A DNA stretch of 64,000 nucleotides from Chiloscyllium plagiosum (Eukaryota): NCBI RefSeq assembly GCF_004010195.1, contig NC_057753.1:3096648-3160647 (forward strand), in the 5' to 3' direction. Below the pieces are notes generated by a model. That model worked only from the letters and a program-made list of their open reading frames with translations. It was not told the DNA's origin and did no database searches. Position 1 is the first letter of the stretch. Every line of letters begins with the position of its first letter. Shown here piece by piece: positions 23,190 through 36,412 of this stretch. The position numbers and the translations under genes are program-made.

Positions 23190-23533
23190 ATCCCTACAGT
23201 GTGGAAACTTCGGTCCAACAAGTCCACACCGACCTTCCGAAGAGTATCCCACCCAAACGCATTCCTCCTCATTTCCCCCTGCCTAATGCACTAACCTACA
23301 CATCCCTGAATACTATGGGGCAATTTACCACGACCCTAACACAGCCAGAGACCCGAGTTCAATTCCCGCCTCAAGCGACTGACTGTGTGAAGTTTGCACG
23401 TTCTCCCCGTGTCTGCGTGGGTTTCCTCCGGGTGCTCCGGTTTCCTCCCACAGTCCAAAGATGTGCAGGTCAGGTGAATCGAACCTGGGTTCCTGGTGCT
23501 GTGAGGCAGCAGTGCTAACCACTGAGCCACCGG
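23190..23533. mobile_element. Chimeric HE1 SINE (minus tail, plus core, minus head)
   Basis: Orientation switches at ~23335 and ~23478. Confidence 0.75.
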
Positions 23534-23539
23534 GCCACC

Positions 23540-23945
23540 CCTTAGAAGGTGGGGGTGAGCTGCCTTGTTGAATCGCTGCAGTCCACTTGCTGTGGGTTGA
23601 CCCACAATACCGGTAGGAAGGGATCGTCCGGTTTCTATTCTTTGTTGTGACTTTCTAGCGATTGATACAAGCGAGTGGCTTGCTAGGCCATTTCAGAGGG
23701 CAGTTGAGAGTCAGCCGCATTGCTGTGACCCTGGAGTCACGTGTAGGCCAGACCAGGTAAGGATGGCAGTTTCCTTCCCTAGAGGACATTGGTGAACCAG
23801 ATGGGTTTTTCACACCATTGACAATGGATTCATGGCCATCAGTCAACTCTTAATTCCAGATTTTGTTCTAATTGAGTTCAAATTCCACCATCTGTCGTAG
23901 TTTCTGGATTAATAGACAAGCAATAATACCACTAGGCCATCATCT
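23540..23945 (-). mobile_element. Second tRNA-derived SINE family (SacSINE1/Deu-SINE-like)
   Basis: Minus strand begins atggcctagtggtatt (A-box-like); conserved core ccttacctggtctggcctacacgtgactccag; tail shared with the LINE at 5115-5300. Confidence 0.55.
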
Positions 23946-24477
23946 CCCCAACCAAATCCCTGAATGTTATTCAATTTTTTTTTAAAAAAACCTCTTTCTT
24001 GAGCAAAACCCACAGGCTCATAATCAGGGTTACCTGCAGGAGACCCAATTTTGTGTCATAGCTACTTATTTGACACCTATTCAAATGCCTTGTGAAAATC
24101 TAACCCCACTCTGGACAAGACTTGTTTATGTTCAACCATTCAACGTGATTCGGAGTTCATTCCCACGAAAGTCAGCTGGAAGGAAATTCAACTGGTTCCT
24201 TCCAAAAAAAGAGAGAGGGCATTTTCTCAAAAGGGAGTAACTCGCAGGGCAACACAATTCATTGGATTCCTCTTCCAAAGGGAAAGCATGAGCGCAATGG
24301 GGTGAATGGCCTATTTTCAAGCACATTTAAAGGGGTGGGAAGGATCATCTTGAGTTGTGGAATGATGTATTAACAAAAGCAGGGCCTCCTCTGTATGACC
24401 CATTTTAAGCCTGAAATACACCCCCCACCAACCCCTCTCACATTCTCTGAAATATCAGGTGGAATTTAACACAGAGA

Positions 24478-25290
24478 AGGGTTCAGAAAAGATTTACAAG
24501 GATGTTGCCAGGGTTGGAAGGTTTGAGCTGCAGGGGGAAGCTGAATAGGCTGGGGTTGTTTTCCATGGAATGTCAGAGGCTATGGGGTGACCGTATAGAG
24601 GTTTATAAAATCATGAGGGGCATGGATAGGGTGAGTGAATAGCCAAGTTCTTTTCCCTGGCGTGGGGGAGTTCAGAACCAGACGGCATGTGTTTAAGTTG
24701 AATCATTGAATCCCTACAATGTGGAAACAGGCCATTTAACTCAAAAAGCCCACACCAATCCTCCTAAGAGTAACCCTCCCAGACCCAGTCCCCTATTCAT
24801 CTATATTTACCCCTGACTAACCTACACATCCCAGAACATTATGGGGCAATTTAGCATAGCCAATTCACCTGACCGGCACATCTTTGGATTGTGGGAGGAA
24901 ACCGGAGCACCCGGAGGAAACCCACACAGACACAGGGGAGAATGTGCGAACTCCACACAGGCAGTCGCTCGAGGCTGGGATCGAATCTGGGTCCTTGGTG
25001 CTGTGAGGCAGCAGTGCTAGCCACTGAGCCAACATGCTAAGCTGAGAAAGGAAAGATTTAACAGGGACATAAGAGGCTACCTTTTCACGCAGAGGGTGGT
25101 GTGGGTATGTGAGAGAGAGATGAGCTGCAAGAGGCGTTGGTGGAGGCCAGTCCAATCACAAAATTTAAAAAGCATCTGGATCGATATATGAAAAGGAAAG
25201 CTTTAATGAGATTGCTGGCAAATGGGACTAGATTAATTTAGGTTATCTTGTCGGCATGAACAAGTTGTGCAGAAGGGTCTGTTTCCAAGC
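24478..25290 (+). mobile_element. CR1/HER1 3' end interrupted by a minus-strand HE1 SINE (24700-25035)
   Basis: Matches the 10.8-11.4 kb copy on both sides of the SINE. Confidence 0.85.
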
Positions 25291-25746
25291 TATGCATCTA
25301 TAAGAGTAAGTGTGATCAGATTTGATTTCACAGAAGGACGAGGGTGAGGCAATACAGATCGAATGCAAAGTTCTAAAAAGTGATTAGGGACAGAGGAACC
25401 TCGGAATTCAGGTGCAGAGATTGGTAAAGATTGCAGAATAACTGTGTAGAATTAACAAAGCAGATAGGAAATTTGGATTCAGAAATGGAGACATCAAGGA
25501 CCCTGGCAGTGAAGTTCTGATGAATATTTCTAAAAGCTCCAGTTAATTCACAATTAGAGTATTGTATCCAGATCTGGTCATCACATGTTCATAACAATGT
25601 GGAGGTCCCTGTCAGTGGAGAGGAGATCCAGGAGAAAGGATCCAGGGATGAGGTAGATGATAAACAAGGTTAAAAGAAGGAGCTGAGGATGTTCTCCTTG
25701 AAGTAATAAAGGTTGAGGGGAGATTAGTAAGAGATGAAGATGATTC

Positions 25747-25925
25747 TGGCTCCGGTTTCCTCCCACAATCCAAAAATGTGCAGGTTAGGTGAATCGGCCA
25801 TGCTAAATTGCCTGTAGTGTTAGATGAAGGGATAAATGTAGGGGAATGAGTCTGGGTGGGTTGTGCTTCGGCGGGTCAGTGTGGACTTGTTGGGCCGAAG
25901 GGCCTGTTTCCACACTGTAAGTAAT
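25747..25925 (+). mobile_element. HE1-type SINE (5'-truncated)
   Basis: V-domain end and tail. Confidence 0.8.
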
Positions 25926-26469
25926 TAAAAAATCTAGAACAAAGCTGGAAACCCAGTAGTGGACAGTCATGCCCAACTGGAGACTTTGTCTTAGCTTCTC
26001 TCAGATGCTGCCAGACCTGATGAGTATGTCCAACAGATAACAGAGTTGGTCAGCAAGCACAAAGGGCGCTGGGTGAGCGGAAAGCACACAGACAGAAGAG
26101 TTTTGAACGATCTTGGGCATCCGGGAGAGACGCCGAGCAGGAGCTGTATTGCAACGGGCAAGTCGAAAGGTAGCACGAGTGTTGATGAGGAGCTGTGATT
26201 GGCTGGTGATGGATGACATTCTGGAGATATCTGGGACTATTATTAGGATTATGTAAGAGTCAGAAGCTCAATTTGTGATTAAATATGAGATCAAGAATGT
26301 GAACTGTGTGATTCAAAGGAGAGGGGGTGGGGGGTCAATTGGTGATTAGAATTTGTAGCGATGACTCAAGACAATGGTTTTCATCTCCCCCAGTTTGTAA
26401 ATGGAGAACATTTCCTGTCTTCTAATATTGGACGTGGGATAATCAGTCTGATAACTTGATAACATCGAA

Positions 26470-26826
26470 CCTCAACTAGCCACCAAAAGACATGACCCAT
26501 TATCACTAGTTTCTATACATACAGACAAAGGACACCACTTGGACTGAGACAACACACACATCCTAGAAACAAAGACATGAACGAGAATTCCTAGAGGCAT
26601 GGCATTCTAACCAGAACTCCATCTATAAACACAGTGATTTAGATCCCATCTCCCTTCCCTTGAAAAAAAGAATTGGAAATGACATCACCCACCTTAAAAA
26701 ACCAAGGCCTATAAATAGAGTGGCAGGACATACCACCAGTGCTTCACCGGAGTCTCTCACTGATGTTGTTACCTAGTCATGGTGACAAAACATCTGAAAA
26801 CAAACCTTCCAGCTCAGCGAGCTAAC
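26470..26826 (+). mobile_element. Penelope-like element 3' end (GIY-YIG C-terminus and terminus, family C)
   Basis: QLATKRHDPLSLVS, REFLEAWHSNQNSI; degenerate hammerhead ctgatgttgttacctagtcatggtgacaaaacatc near 26760; same family as 31300-31823. Confidence 0.8.
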
Positions 26827-26835
26827 TGGCAGACT

Positions 26836-28320
26836 GATTTGATTATTGTCACATAGCAAATACATTGAAAAGTACTGATTTGTATGCAAATCAGACAAAC
26901 CAAACCTTACACAAGTACGTCAAGGTTACAGGACAGAATTCAGAATATCACCACGACAGAAAAGATGCAGAGAAAGTCAACTCCAATACCTGAGAGATCC
27001 ATTCGTAAGTCTGTGAACAGCAGGGAAGAATTTGTTGGTGTGGTTTTCCAAACTTTTGTGGAAGGTGGCACAGAGTATGATCAGGGTCGGACAGGTCTTT
27101 GATGATGTTCGTTGCTTTCATAGAACATTCCAGCGCAGTACAGACCCTTCAGCCCTCGATATTGCACCGACCTGTGAAACCAATCTGAAGCCCTTCTAAC
27201 CTGCACTATTCGATTCTTGTCCATATACCTATCCAATGACCATTTAAATGCCCTTAAAGTTGGCGAGTCTAGTACTGTTGCAGGCAGTGTGTTGCATGCC
27301 CCTACTTTCCCAAGGCAGTGGGAGGTATAGATGAAGTCATAGAGATGTACAGCACAGAAACAGACCCTTCGGTCCATGCCGACCAGATATCCCAATCCAA
27401 TCTAGTCCCACCTGCCAGCACCCAGCCCATATCCCTCCAAACCCTTCCTATTCATATACCCATCCAAATGCCTCTTAAATGTTGCAATTGTACCAGCCTC
27501 CATCAGTTCCTTGGGCAGCTCATTCCATATCCATACCACTCTCTGTGTGAAAGAGTTGCCCCGTAGGTGTCATTTATATTTTTCCCCATGGAAGGGAGGC
27601 TGGTTTTTGTGATGGACTGGGCAGCATTCACAACTCTCTGTGACCTCTTGTGGCCTTGGGTGCAGACATTGCCAAACCAAGCTGTGATACATCCGGATGG
27701 CAAGCTTTCTATGGTGCGTGTATCCAAATTGGTAAGAGTCATTGTGGACATGCTGAATTTCCCTCGGTTTTGGTGTGCTATCTTGACTGTGGCGTTGATG
27801 TCAATGGGCCAGGGTACATGACTGATGATACTTACAGCCAGAAACGTGATGCTTTCGACTACCTCAACCTCAGCACCTTCGATACAGACAGGGGTCGTGT
27901 CCTCCACTCCACTCCACTTCCACGACCAGCTCCTTTGTTTTGCGGACATCAAAGTAGACCACGCCACTAAGCTCTCTGCCTTCTCCTGCACCCTGTGTCG
28001 TTGGTATTTGAGGTCTGACCCAATACGGTGGTGCATTAGCAAATTTGTAAATGGAGTTAGAGCCGAATTTGACCACACATGGTCAGACGCATGAGGAGTG
28101 CAGTAAGTGGGCTGAGTACGCAGTATGGCAGCACGCCAGTGTGGAGGATCAGTGCAGAGGAGTTGTCGGGTGCCCGTCCTTACTAATTGTGGTCTGGAAG
28201 TTGAGAATCCAGTTGCAGAGAGGGGAGCAGAGCCCGAGGTCTCGGAGTTTGGAGATGAGTTTGGCTGGAACTGGGGTGTTGAAGGCAGAGCTAAAATCAC
28301 TAAATAGGAGTCTATTTAGC
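26836..28320 (-). mobile_element. Rex1/Babar-type LINE 3' part, interrupted by CR1 tails (27120-27565)
   Basis: DFSSAFNT..P.KLISKLRDLGL...LCNWILNF, KTKELVV, TIES..SGCITAWFGN; tail (rc) tttcaatgtatttgctatgtgacaataa. Confidence 0.78.
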
Positions 28321-29093
28321 AACTGCAGAGGATGTAGAGGGACGACACTGAGTTGGAACTGGGTTTCATCAGTGTACATGTGAAAACTAGTGCAGGGGAT
28401 TCTAAATAATGTCATCTAGTAACAGGAGGAGCCAAGAATCGGGGGACACCAATTTCGAGGTCTATGGGAGAAAGGGAGGTGTGCTGTAGTTCATTCCGAT
28501 GGTGTAATGGAGAACATTTCCTCCCCCCTCAGGAGGGGAAATGATCTGGATTTCAAGGAGGCACCTTCAATAAGGGTGTTCAAAGGTCAGACGGGAGGAA
28601 GTATAGAGGGTGGTTTTACTCAGTGAGTCAATGAAAGGGAGCGAAGCAGCAGAGACAGCCAGTGAGATGATCTCACTCTCAGTGAGAAGGATGCTCCACA
28701 ATCTCCTGACACTTGTCACTCTTGGTGAAGATGGAGAGGACGGGGGAGAGGGACAGCCCCTCAAAATGAACCTTGTTCAGGACGAACATGTCAGCGACAT
28801 TAAAAAGATTTGCCACACTGTGCTGAATTACAAAGCTGATTCAGTCATCTCGAGAACATTGACAACTAAAACCAAGCTGAGGTTTATTAACCAATAAACA
28901 TGGTTCAGTCCTGGATTTGACGATGAGCAAAGTCCAGCTCCTGTAGTTACGCAGTGCTGACTTAGCAAGAGGCTGTTCTGAGTGTATGCCATCCCCGACT
29001 CAGTGCAGGTGAACAGCCTCACCCCAGTGGGTATTCTCTGGTGTACCGTGACCTCAGACAATGGGTCCTTTCCCACAATGACTGCATCGGAGA

Positions 29094-29999
29094 TTGGGGA
29101 GCAAGGTTAGATCTCATGGAATACAGGGACAACTAGCCATTTGGATACAGAACTGGCTCAAAGGTGGAAGACAGAGGATGGTGATGGAGGGTTGTTATTC
29201 AGACTGGAGGCCTGTGACCAGTAGAGTGCCACAAGGATCGGTGCTGGACCCCCTACTTTTTGAAATTTACTTAAATGATTTGGATGTGAGCATAAGAGGT
29301 AGAGTTAGTAAATTTGCAGATGACACTAAAATTGGAGATGTAGTAGACAGCGAAGAGGGTTGCCTCAGATTACAACAGGATCTGGACCAGATGGGCCAAT
29401 GGGCTGAGAAGTGGCAGGTGGAGTTTAGCTCAGATGAATGTGAGGTGCTGCATTTTGGGAAAGTAAATCTTTGCAGGACTTATACACTTAATGGTAAGGT
29501 CCTAGGGAGTGTTGCTGAACAATGAACCTGTACTCCAAGGTCTCTTAGTTCCTTAAAGTGGAGTCATAGATAGATAGGATAGTGAAGAAGGCGTTTGGTA
29601 TGCTTTCTTTTATTGGTCAGAGTATTGAGTACAGGAGTCGGGAGGTCATGTTGCGGCTGCACAGGACATTGGTTAGGCCACTGTTGGAATATTGCGTGCA
29701 ATTCTAATCTCCTTCCTATCGGAAAGATGTTGTGAAACTTGAAAGGGTTCAGAAAAGATTTACAAGGATGTTGCCAGGGTTNNNNNNNNNNNNNNNNNNN
29801 NNNNNNNNNNNNNNNGAAGTGGTGGAGGCTGGTACAATTGCAACATTTAAGAGGCATTTGGATGGGTATATGAATAGGAAGGGTTTGGAGGGATATGGGC
29901 CGGGTGCTGGCAGGTGGGACTAGATTGGGTTGTGATATCTGGTCGGCATGGACGGCTTGGACCGAAGGGTCTGTTTCCATGCTGTACATCTCTATGACT
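29094..29999 (+). mobile_element. CR1/HER1 LINE 3' part
   Basis: VPQGSVLDPLLFEIYLNDLD, KFADDTKIG; tail catctctatgactcta; contains N gap 29782-29815. Confidence 0.9.
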
Positions 30000-30240
30000 C
30001 TATCTGACCAGTCTCTCCGCATTGTGAACAAGTTGTTGGGACAGCAGTTCCCCATCACATTTATAGCAATTCCTGCTCTCTCTGCAAATTCAAAGATCTC
30101 TCTCCAGTGTGAACTTGCGCATGGACCATCAAGTGGGAAGAGCAAATGAATCTCTTCCTATGCTCGGATCACATGAACGGTCCCTTCCCGATGTGACCGT
30201 GCCAATGGCTGTCCAGCTGAGGCACGAATCAGAAGGCTTC

Positions 30241-30268
30241 CTGAAGAAGGGCTTATGCCCGAAACGTC
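30241..30268 (+). ncRNA. Minimal hammerhead motif (family B) within a ~100-bp insertion (30231-30329)
   Basis: CTGAAGA-A-GGGC ttat GCCC-GAAA-CG-TC, identical to 4858-4885. Confidence 0.8.
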
Positions 30269-30885
30269 GATTCTCCTGTTCCCTGGATGCTGCCTGACCT
30301 GCTGCGCTTTTCCAGCAACACATTTTCAGCCTTCATCACAGACCAACATGTCCAGGATCTCCCTTCAGTGTGACTGTGTTTGTGTCTCCAGAGGTCAGGT
30401 GATTGATTGAAGCCTTGTTCACCCAGAGAATACATGTAGGACTTCTCCTCCCGATGAACTGTGCTTTCCTTCCACGTCCAAAATCCAATTCACGTTCTGG
30501 TTGTGATAAATTGGAAGTCTCCATCAGTTACTGACGTCCTGCTGGATCTATGATCCCTGGCTGTAATTCCTCCCCCGTCTGGCACCTTCCAAAATGTGTT
30601 TTATATCAGGAGAGAAAGGAGAGTAAGAGAAAAAACGAAGGCCGGCCTGCAACATTGAGCTGAATGAGTGATAACTTATTGGGGCAGCCGAAAGAGAAAC
30701 GTATCACAAAAACCTGCCAGAATCTTAGAAAAGCCAAACTCGTTCACTAATGTCCATCAAGGAAGGGAATCTGGCACCCAGTCTGAAGATGCACAAGATG
30801 GGTTGAAAAGAGAGAGACAGAGGCAAAGGAGAGAGATCACCCAGTGTCGTGCCCAAGCTAAACTTCAAATATTATATTTAAATAT

Positions 30886-31269
30886 GACTTGGAAGTGCCG
30901 GTGTTGGACTGGGGTGGATAAAGTGAAAAATCACACAACGCCAACAGGTTTATTTGGAAGCACTAGCTTTCGTAACACCGCTCCTTCATCAGGTGGTTGT
31001 GGAGTATAAGATCGTAGGACACACATTTTACATATAAAAGAACTGAAACCAACATGCCTATTCTAAAAGATGAGAGACTGAACAAACAATCCAGGTCTTT
31101 TTCAATATATAATTGCAGTTACATCACACTGTAAACTTTTGCTATAAATTCTGTGCCTTACGATCTCATACTCCACAACCACCTGATGAAGGAGCAGCGC
31201 TCAGAAAGCTAGTGCTTCCAAATCAACCTGTTGGGCTCTAACCTGGTGTTGTGTGATTTTTAACTTTGA
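30886..31269. mobile_element. Palindromic Penelope-like terminus element (family A)
   Basis: Inverted hammerhead-bearing arms (30961-30993 minus; 31180-31214 plus; both have stem II mismatches); TSD atttaaatat at 30876-30885 and 31270-31279. Confidence 0.85.
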
Positions 31270-31299
31270 ATTTAAATATATTTACATCACTACTGAGAC

Positions 31300-31823
31300 C
31301 ATCTGGATGTAGGTTTGCTCGCTGAGCTGGAAGGTTCATTTCCAGACGTTTCGTCACCCTACTAGGTAACATCTTCAGTAGGCCTCAGGCGAAGCACTGC
31401 TCATAATTCCTGTTTTCTATTTATATCTTTGGGTTTCTTTGGGTTGGTAATGTCATTTCCTGTGATGAGGTCATTTCTTGTGGTGAAGTCACTTCCTGTT
31501 CCTTTTCTCAGGGCATGGTAGATGGGGTCTAACTCGATGTGGTTGTTGATAGAGTTCCGGTTGGAATGCCATGCTTCTAGGAATTCTCGTGCGCAACTTT
31601 GTTTGGCTTGTCCTAGGATGGATGTGTTGTCCCAGTCGAAGTGGTGTCCTTCCTTATCTGTACGTAAGGATACTAGTGAGAGAGGGTCATGTCGTTTTGT
31701 GGCTAGTTGTGGTGTTCATGTATCCTGGTGGCTAGTTTTCTGCCTGTTTGTCCAATGTAGTGTTTGTTACAGTTCCTTACACGGTATTTTGTAAATGACA
31801 TTAGTTTTGCTTGTTGTCTGTAT
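31300..31823 (-). mobile_element. Penelope-like element fragment with GIY-YIG endonuclease and terminus (family C)
   Basis: Reverse complement translates TNVIYKIPCK / CNKHYIGQTGRKLATRIHEH / QLATKRHDPLSLVS...HHFDWDNTSILGQA...REFLEAWHSNRNSINNHIELDPIY (2 frameshifts). Confidence 0.9.
31342..31381 (-). ncRNA. Minimal hammerhead motif (family C)
   Basis: Reverse complement: cta-CTGAAGA-T-GTTACC tagtag GGTGAC-GAAA-CG-TC-tgg; 6-bp stem II. Confidence 0.8.
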
Positions 31824-33180
31824 TATCCACCTCAGTGCCATCACCCATTTCAACTCACCTGGTTCTGACTGAACTCAGTGTTCTCCTTATTTCTAGACTT
31901 AAGCATGTGCTCCTGGCTGGCCTCACACATTCAGCACTGCAGTAATTTTGTAATTGTCAAAAAAATAATGCTGCTTGCGACTTTACACTTCAAAGCTCTC
32001 CCTGTGTTTCCAGACTTGGTTGTAATTTCTGAGTCAATCTGATACGAAAGGAGAAAATAATTGAAACAACTGGGGAGAGAGAGAAAAACAATAATATTAT
32101 AGGGCGTGCTGAATAGATGAAAGGGAATAAAGATGGCACTGGGTTTGACTTTCTGTATCAACTCAGAAATAGAAAGGACCTCCAGTGGAGGAAGTACCAT
32201 TCCGAACGTTGGCAAATATAAATCTAGTTAATCGGGGCTTGAGTGAGGAGCTAAAATTTGAATTTAGGCTGTTGTCAGAGGCAACAAGTATATGTAGCTT
32301 TTTATTAACCACAAAATGGCTTTTCGATTTAAAATTATATATCAAAATGGCGGGTTTTTTTTTACACTGTGAACTTGCCGAGTTGCTTGCATTTAGAGAT
32401 GAGGAAAGAATGGAGTTTTCATAATATGAATCATAAGACAGCGATTTGGGATTCGAACTAACCTTGAACTAGCAAGCAGGGGATGATTTCGTGTGTCGAA
32501 CAATATGTTTCTCAGGAAATATCATTGGATTAACCTGCTGTCAATCATGTCACCTTATTACATTTGACTGGTCTTGTAATTAACGCTGTGCTGTCTCTTA
32601 AAAAACATATAAAGAATGTGTAATTTTCGAATGTAATGGTGCCATTTCTCCACAGAACACAGAAGCTTGTAATCTCCGTGTTGCTGGACAAATCTGCACC
32701 AGGCTGCCTTCATTTATTAAGCTGGTAACCTTGCTTTAAACAGATCGCATTCCTAGTGATTCTTTTGACCGATCTTGAACCGAGAGGCCCCTTTGTGGGG
32801 TCCATATCTTCGTGAGCAGCAGTGGAAACCTGCACGTACCTTACAGAAACATCAACAAACTGCTAAACATGATCGAAATACATCCATTATTTGAGAAAGA
32901 GGAGTGAAATAAGGGGAAATAGGTGACCAGGAAGGGCGTAGGGTTGACAAAGCAATGGATGGATATGGATTTGGATCTACAGTAAAGGAGCCATCCCCAG
33001 TGCCATGGAAGAACAGTGCAGCACTAATATTTCAAATTACAAATGGAAGCTCAATAATTCTAAGCTCTGAAACAATTACAGTGCCTCCAATGTTAAAGAT
33101 ATCAGAAACATGGGAGGCAGAGAAAAATCACTCAGTCTTCAAATCTTCTAACTCCCTGTTTGGATCAGAAATCGGCTAGT

Positions 33181-34188
33181 TGAAAGAAGACACAGGGTGA
33201 TGATTGATGGGAAATGTTCATCCTGGAGTTCAGTTACTAGTGGCGTACCGCAAGGATTTGGGGCAACTGCTGTTTGTCATTTTTATAAACGACCTCTGGA
33301 TGAGGGCGTAGCAGGATGGGTTAGTAAATTTGCAGATGACACGAAGGTGGGTGGGGTTGTGGATAGTGACAAAGGGTATTGTAGGTTACAGAGGGGCATA
33401 GGTAAGCTGCAGAGCTGGGCTGAGAGGTGGCAAATGGAGTTTAATTTGGAAAAGTGTGAGATGATTCACTTTGGAAGGAGTAACAGAAATAAAGAGTGCT
33501 GGGCTAATGTAAAGATTCTTGGCAGTGTAGATGAGCCGAGAGATCTCAGTGTCCATGTATGTAGATCCCTGAATGTTGCAGCCCAATTTGATAGGGTTGT
33601 TAAGAAGGCATATGATGCGTTAGCTTTTATTGGTAGAGGAATTGAGTTTTGGAGCCACGAGGTCATGCTGCAGCTGTGCAAAACTCTGATGCGACTGCAC
33701 TTGGAGTATTGTGTACAGTTCTGGTCACCGCATTATAGGAAGGATATGGAAGCTTTGGAAAATGTTCAGAGGTGATTTGCTAGGATGTTGCCTAGTATGG
33801 AGGGAAGGTCTCATGAGAAAAGGCCGAGGGACTTGAGACCGTTTTCATTAAAGAGAAGTTTGAGAAGTTACTTAATTGAGACATATAAGATAATCAGAGG
33901 GTTAGAGAGGGTGGACAGTGAGATGGCTAGCACCAGGGACGTAGCTTTAAATTGAGGGGTGATAGATATAGGACAGATGTCAGATGTAGTTTCTTTACAC
34001 AGGGAGTAGTAAGGGCTTGGAGCGCTCTGCCAGGAACTGTACTAGACTTGCCAACTTTAAGGACATTTAAATGGTCATTGGATGCAAATGGAATAGTGTA
34101 GGATAAAAAGGCTTCAGATCGATTCCATGGATCCACACAACATCGAGGGTCAAAGGGCCTAAACTGCGCTGTAATGTTCTCTGTTCTA
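33181..34188 (+). mobile_element. CR1-clade LINE RT 3' kilobase
   Basis: TSGVPQG, SKFADDTKVGG, LEYCVQFWSPHYRKD; tail ctgcgctgtaatgttctctgttcta. Confidence 0.9.
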
Positions 34189-34986
34189 AAAGGATATGAC
34201 TGAAGTCAAGACTGTCGGTAATAGACAGGACTTGAGAGACAAACATTTCTCTTGGTCTGTGTTTGCCATGTGTAAATCGTCTGCCTCCCTCCCCGTGCAA
34301 GAGGAGTATTTGAAATCCGTTCCAAACAATCCAGGATTTGAACGTGCAAGAGGAGCTTTCTGCTTCTTGGGTGAAATTGGTCATGCACATGCTCAGTCTT
34401 TATTAAGATGGCGACTGTTCCCCTGGGTTTCTCAATTATTTTTCGAAAACAAAAGCTTGTCTGGAAATAACGAGGAATCAATGGTCTGACAAGATGGGAA
34501 AGTTAATGAAATCAATATGAAATTAAGTAGTAATAGTGTCGAGCTAAAGGGAACTAAATTGCAATAAATGCCTGAACCATGGTCAAGCATTCTTAGATTT
34601 TAAAAGAGGAGCTGCAGAGACTGTGATTCTTTTGCCTTAAATCTTCTAGATATTCACTGGAACACTGAAATGCCACCCACTTTGCTCCCTAATGGGTTTT
34701 TAGGTAGATTCCCAATGACAAAAGAGTCCAGAACAAAGGGTCACAGTAAGAATATGGGGTAGGCCATTTGGACTGAAAAGAGGAAAAATTTATTAACCCA
34801 GAGAGCAATGAGAATTCTCTTCCACTGACAGCAATTAAAGCCAAAGCATTAAATGTTTTCAAGGAGTTAGGCATAGCTCATCAGGTTAAACGGTTCATTG
34901 GATTTGGAGATGCCAGCATTTCAGTTACATCACACTATAAATTTTTACTATAAACTTCTGTCCCTTATAATTGTGTCCTCCACAAC

Positions 34987-35021
34987 CACCTGATGAAGGA
35001 ACGGCGCTCCGAAAGCTAGTG
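34987..35021 (+). ncRNA. Hammerhead motif (family A) in a short Penelope terminus fragment (~34905-35030)
   Basis: cac-CTGATGA-A-GGAAC ggc GCTCC-GAAA-GC-TA-gtg (one stem II mismatch). Confidence 0.7.
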
Positions 35022-35479
35022 TGATTTTTATCATTGTGAACAGTGGAGCAGTTCGAAGGGATAACTCCTGTTTCTAATTTTCCTATGTTTCCCACCCAAG
35101 GTGTCTGCTAATGTGAGCTGTATGAGGAATAAATTCAGTTGTATATTTGTTCGTCCCCCACCTCAAGGGGCAATTCTGGTCACCTCATTACAGAAAGTTT
35201 GTAACTGTACGCTGTGTCAACCATGCTTCCAACAGCGTGGCGTAGTGTACCTAGTGTTCAGGTCCCACATGCACTGGAGATGTAACATGATTTGTCCAAG
35301 TGCTGCACTGGAGTTTGATGGAAAGCAATGCCAATACACTAGTGATAGTGGCCAGGATTGGAGGTTGCAGCTATGAGGAAGGTTTGGCACGGCTGAGGTT
35401 GTGTGCGCTCCTAAACCGTGCAAAATTTGAGTGGGGTGCCTGGCTGGACTGGATGAGAAGCTGGCTTTGCCTCAGCAGA

Positions 35480-35910
35480 GGGGGCTCGTTGCCCCTGCGT
35501 GGGGCTCTGGGGGCTCACAGGCTGCAAGACCACAGGGAGGGGCGGAGACAGACGCTCAGCCCTCTGTGACGTCACAATGGCGGCCGGTTCCCTCGATCAG
35601 GGGGAAATCCGACTCCATCACCAAGATGGCGGCCGAGATCCAGCTGCTCTTGGGGGGGGAAGTGGGGGGCCTGCCTCCGTTCGCGGGTCCGAGGGGGGGG
35701 GGGGGTGCTCTTCCTTGCTCCGAGGCTTCCTTCAGGAATCTGTAAGCGCCCCAGAGCCCGCCCGCCCTTTTTCCGTTTCCGCCCCGACTCACGTTCTCCT
35801 TCAGCGGACCGCGCCTCCTCGGTCTCCTTCAAATACTGACACTGATCATGCGCTTATCATCGTAGTCCACTGCGCAGACGCAAGACCGGGACCGTGCACG
35901 GCACATGCGT
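35480..35910. promoter_or_regulatory. CpG island promoter
   Basis: Full CRE tgacgtca at 35567; YY1 motifs caatggcggc near 35575 and caagatggcggc near 35622; GC boxes; NRF1-like tgcgcagacgca at 35871; donor-like gtaagc at 35742 (+) and gtgagt near 35791 (-). Confidence 0.8.
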
Positions 35911-36412
35911 ATTGTTGTTCCCTTCCACCACTCTTCCTCCCTACCCCTCCACCCAACAAATCCCAACCTTTGTGGTGGTGGTGGTGGTGAGGCCAGGAGG
36001 AGTTGGGAATACTTACATCCATTTCTAATCTTCAACTGATGTGTTCTGTTTTTGTCACCAAAAGTGAAAATTGATAAATACGCCTGTCTTAGTAACCAAC
36101 TGCACTGAAAATTTAATTGTTCGTAAAGAGACAAATCGAAATTGAGAAATCTTGTTTGACACAGATGTAATTATTAATATTTGAGCCACAAAAGGGGTGA
36201 TACCAAGATAAAACTTAAGAACTGAGATGAAAGGAATCGAGTGTGTTGAAAGGAAAACAGATTTCAAGTTTCACAGCAGGAAACAAATCAACACCAATTT
36301 TTTTTTGTTTTCCAATCCAGTGTTTAAAATTGTTCAGTCAGCTAATTAACCAAAACAAGACCAGACAGCATGTGTACAAAAAAAAACTGTCAACCATTTT
36401 AAAGAGTATCCT

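Larger units (their letters stand above)
28890..30590 (-). pseudogene. C2H2 zinc-finger pseudogene split by a CR1 and a hammerhead element
   Basis: METSNLSQPE (compare MESPKLSEPE of the 43.6-kb gene), GFNQSPDLWRHKHSHTEGR, HQRIPTGVRLFTC; family 3' motif ccaggactgaaccatgtttatt. Confidence 0.75.

Noticed and set aside
26017..26040. CTGATGA hammerhead-like core
   Set aside because: No stem II or GAAA follows; it is a variant of the gacctgctgag tail motif
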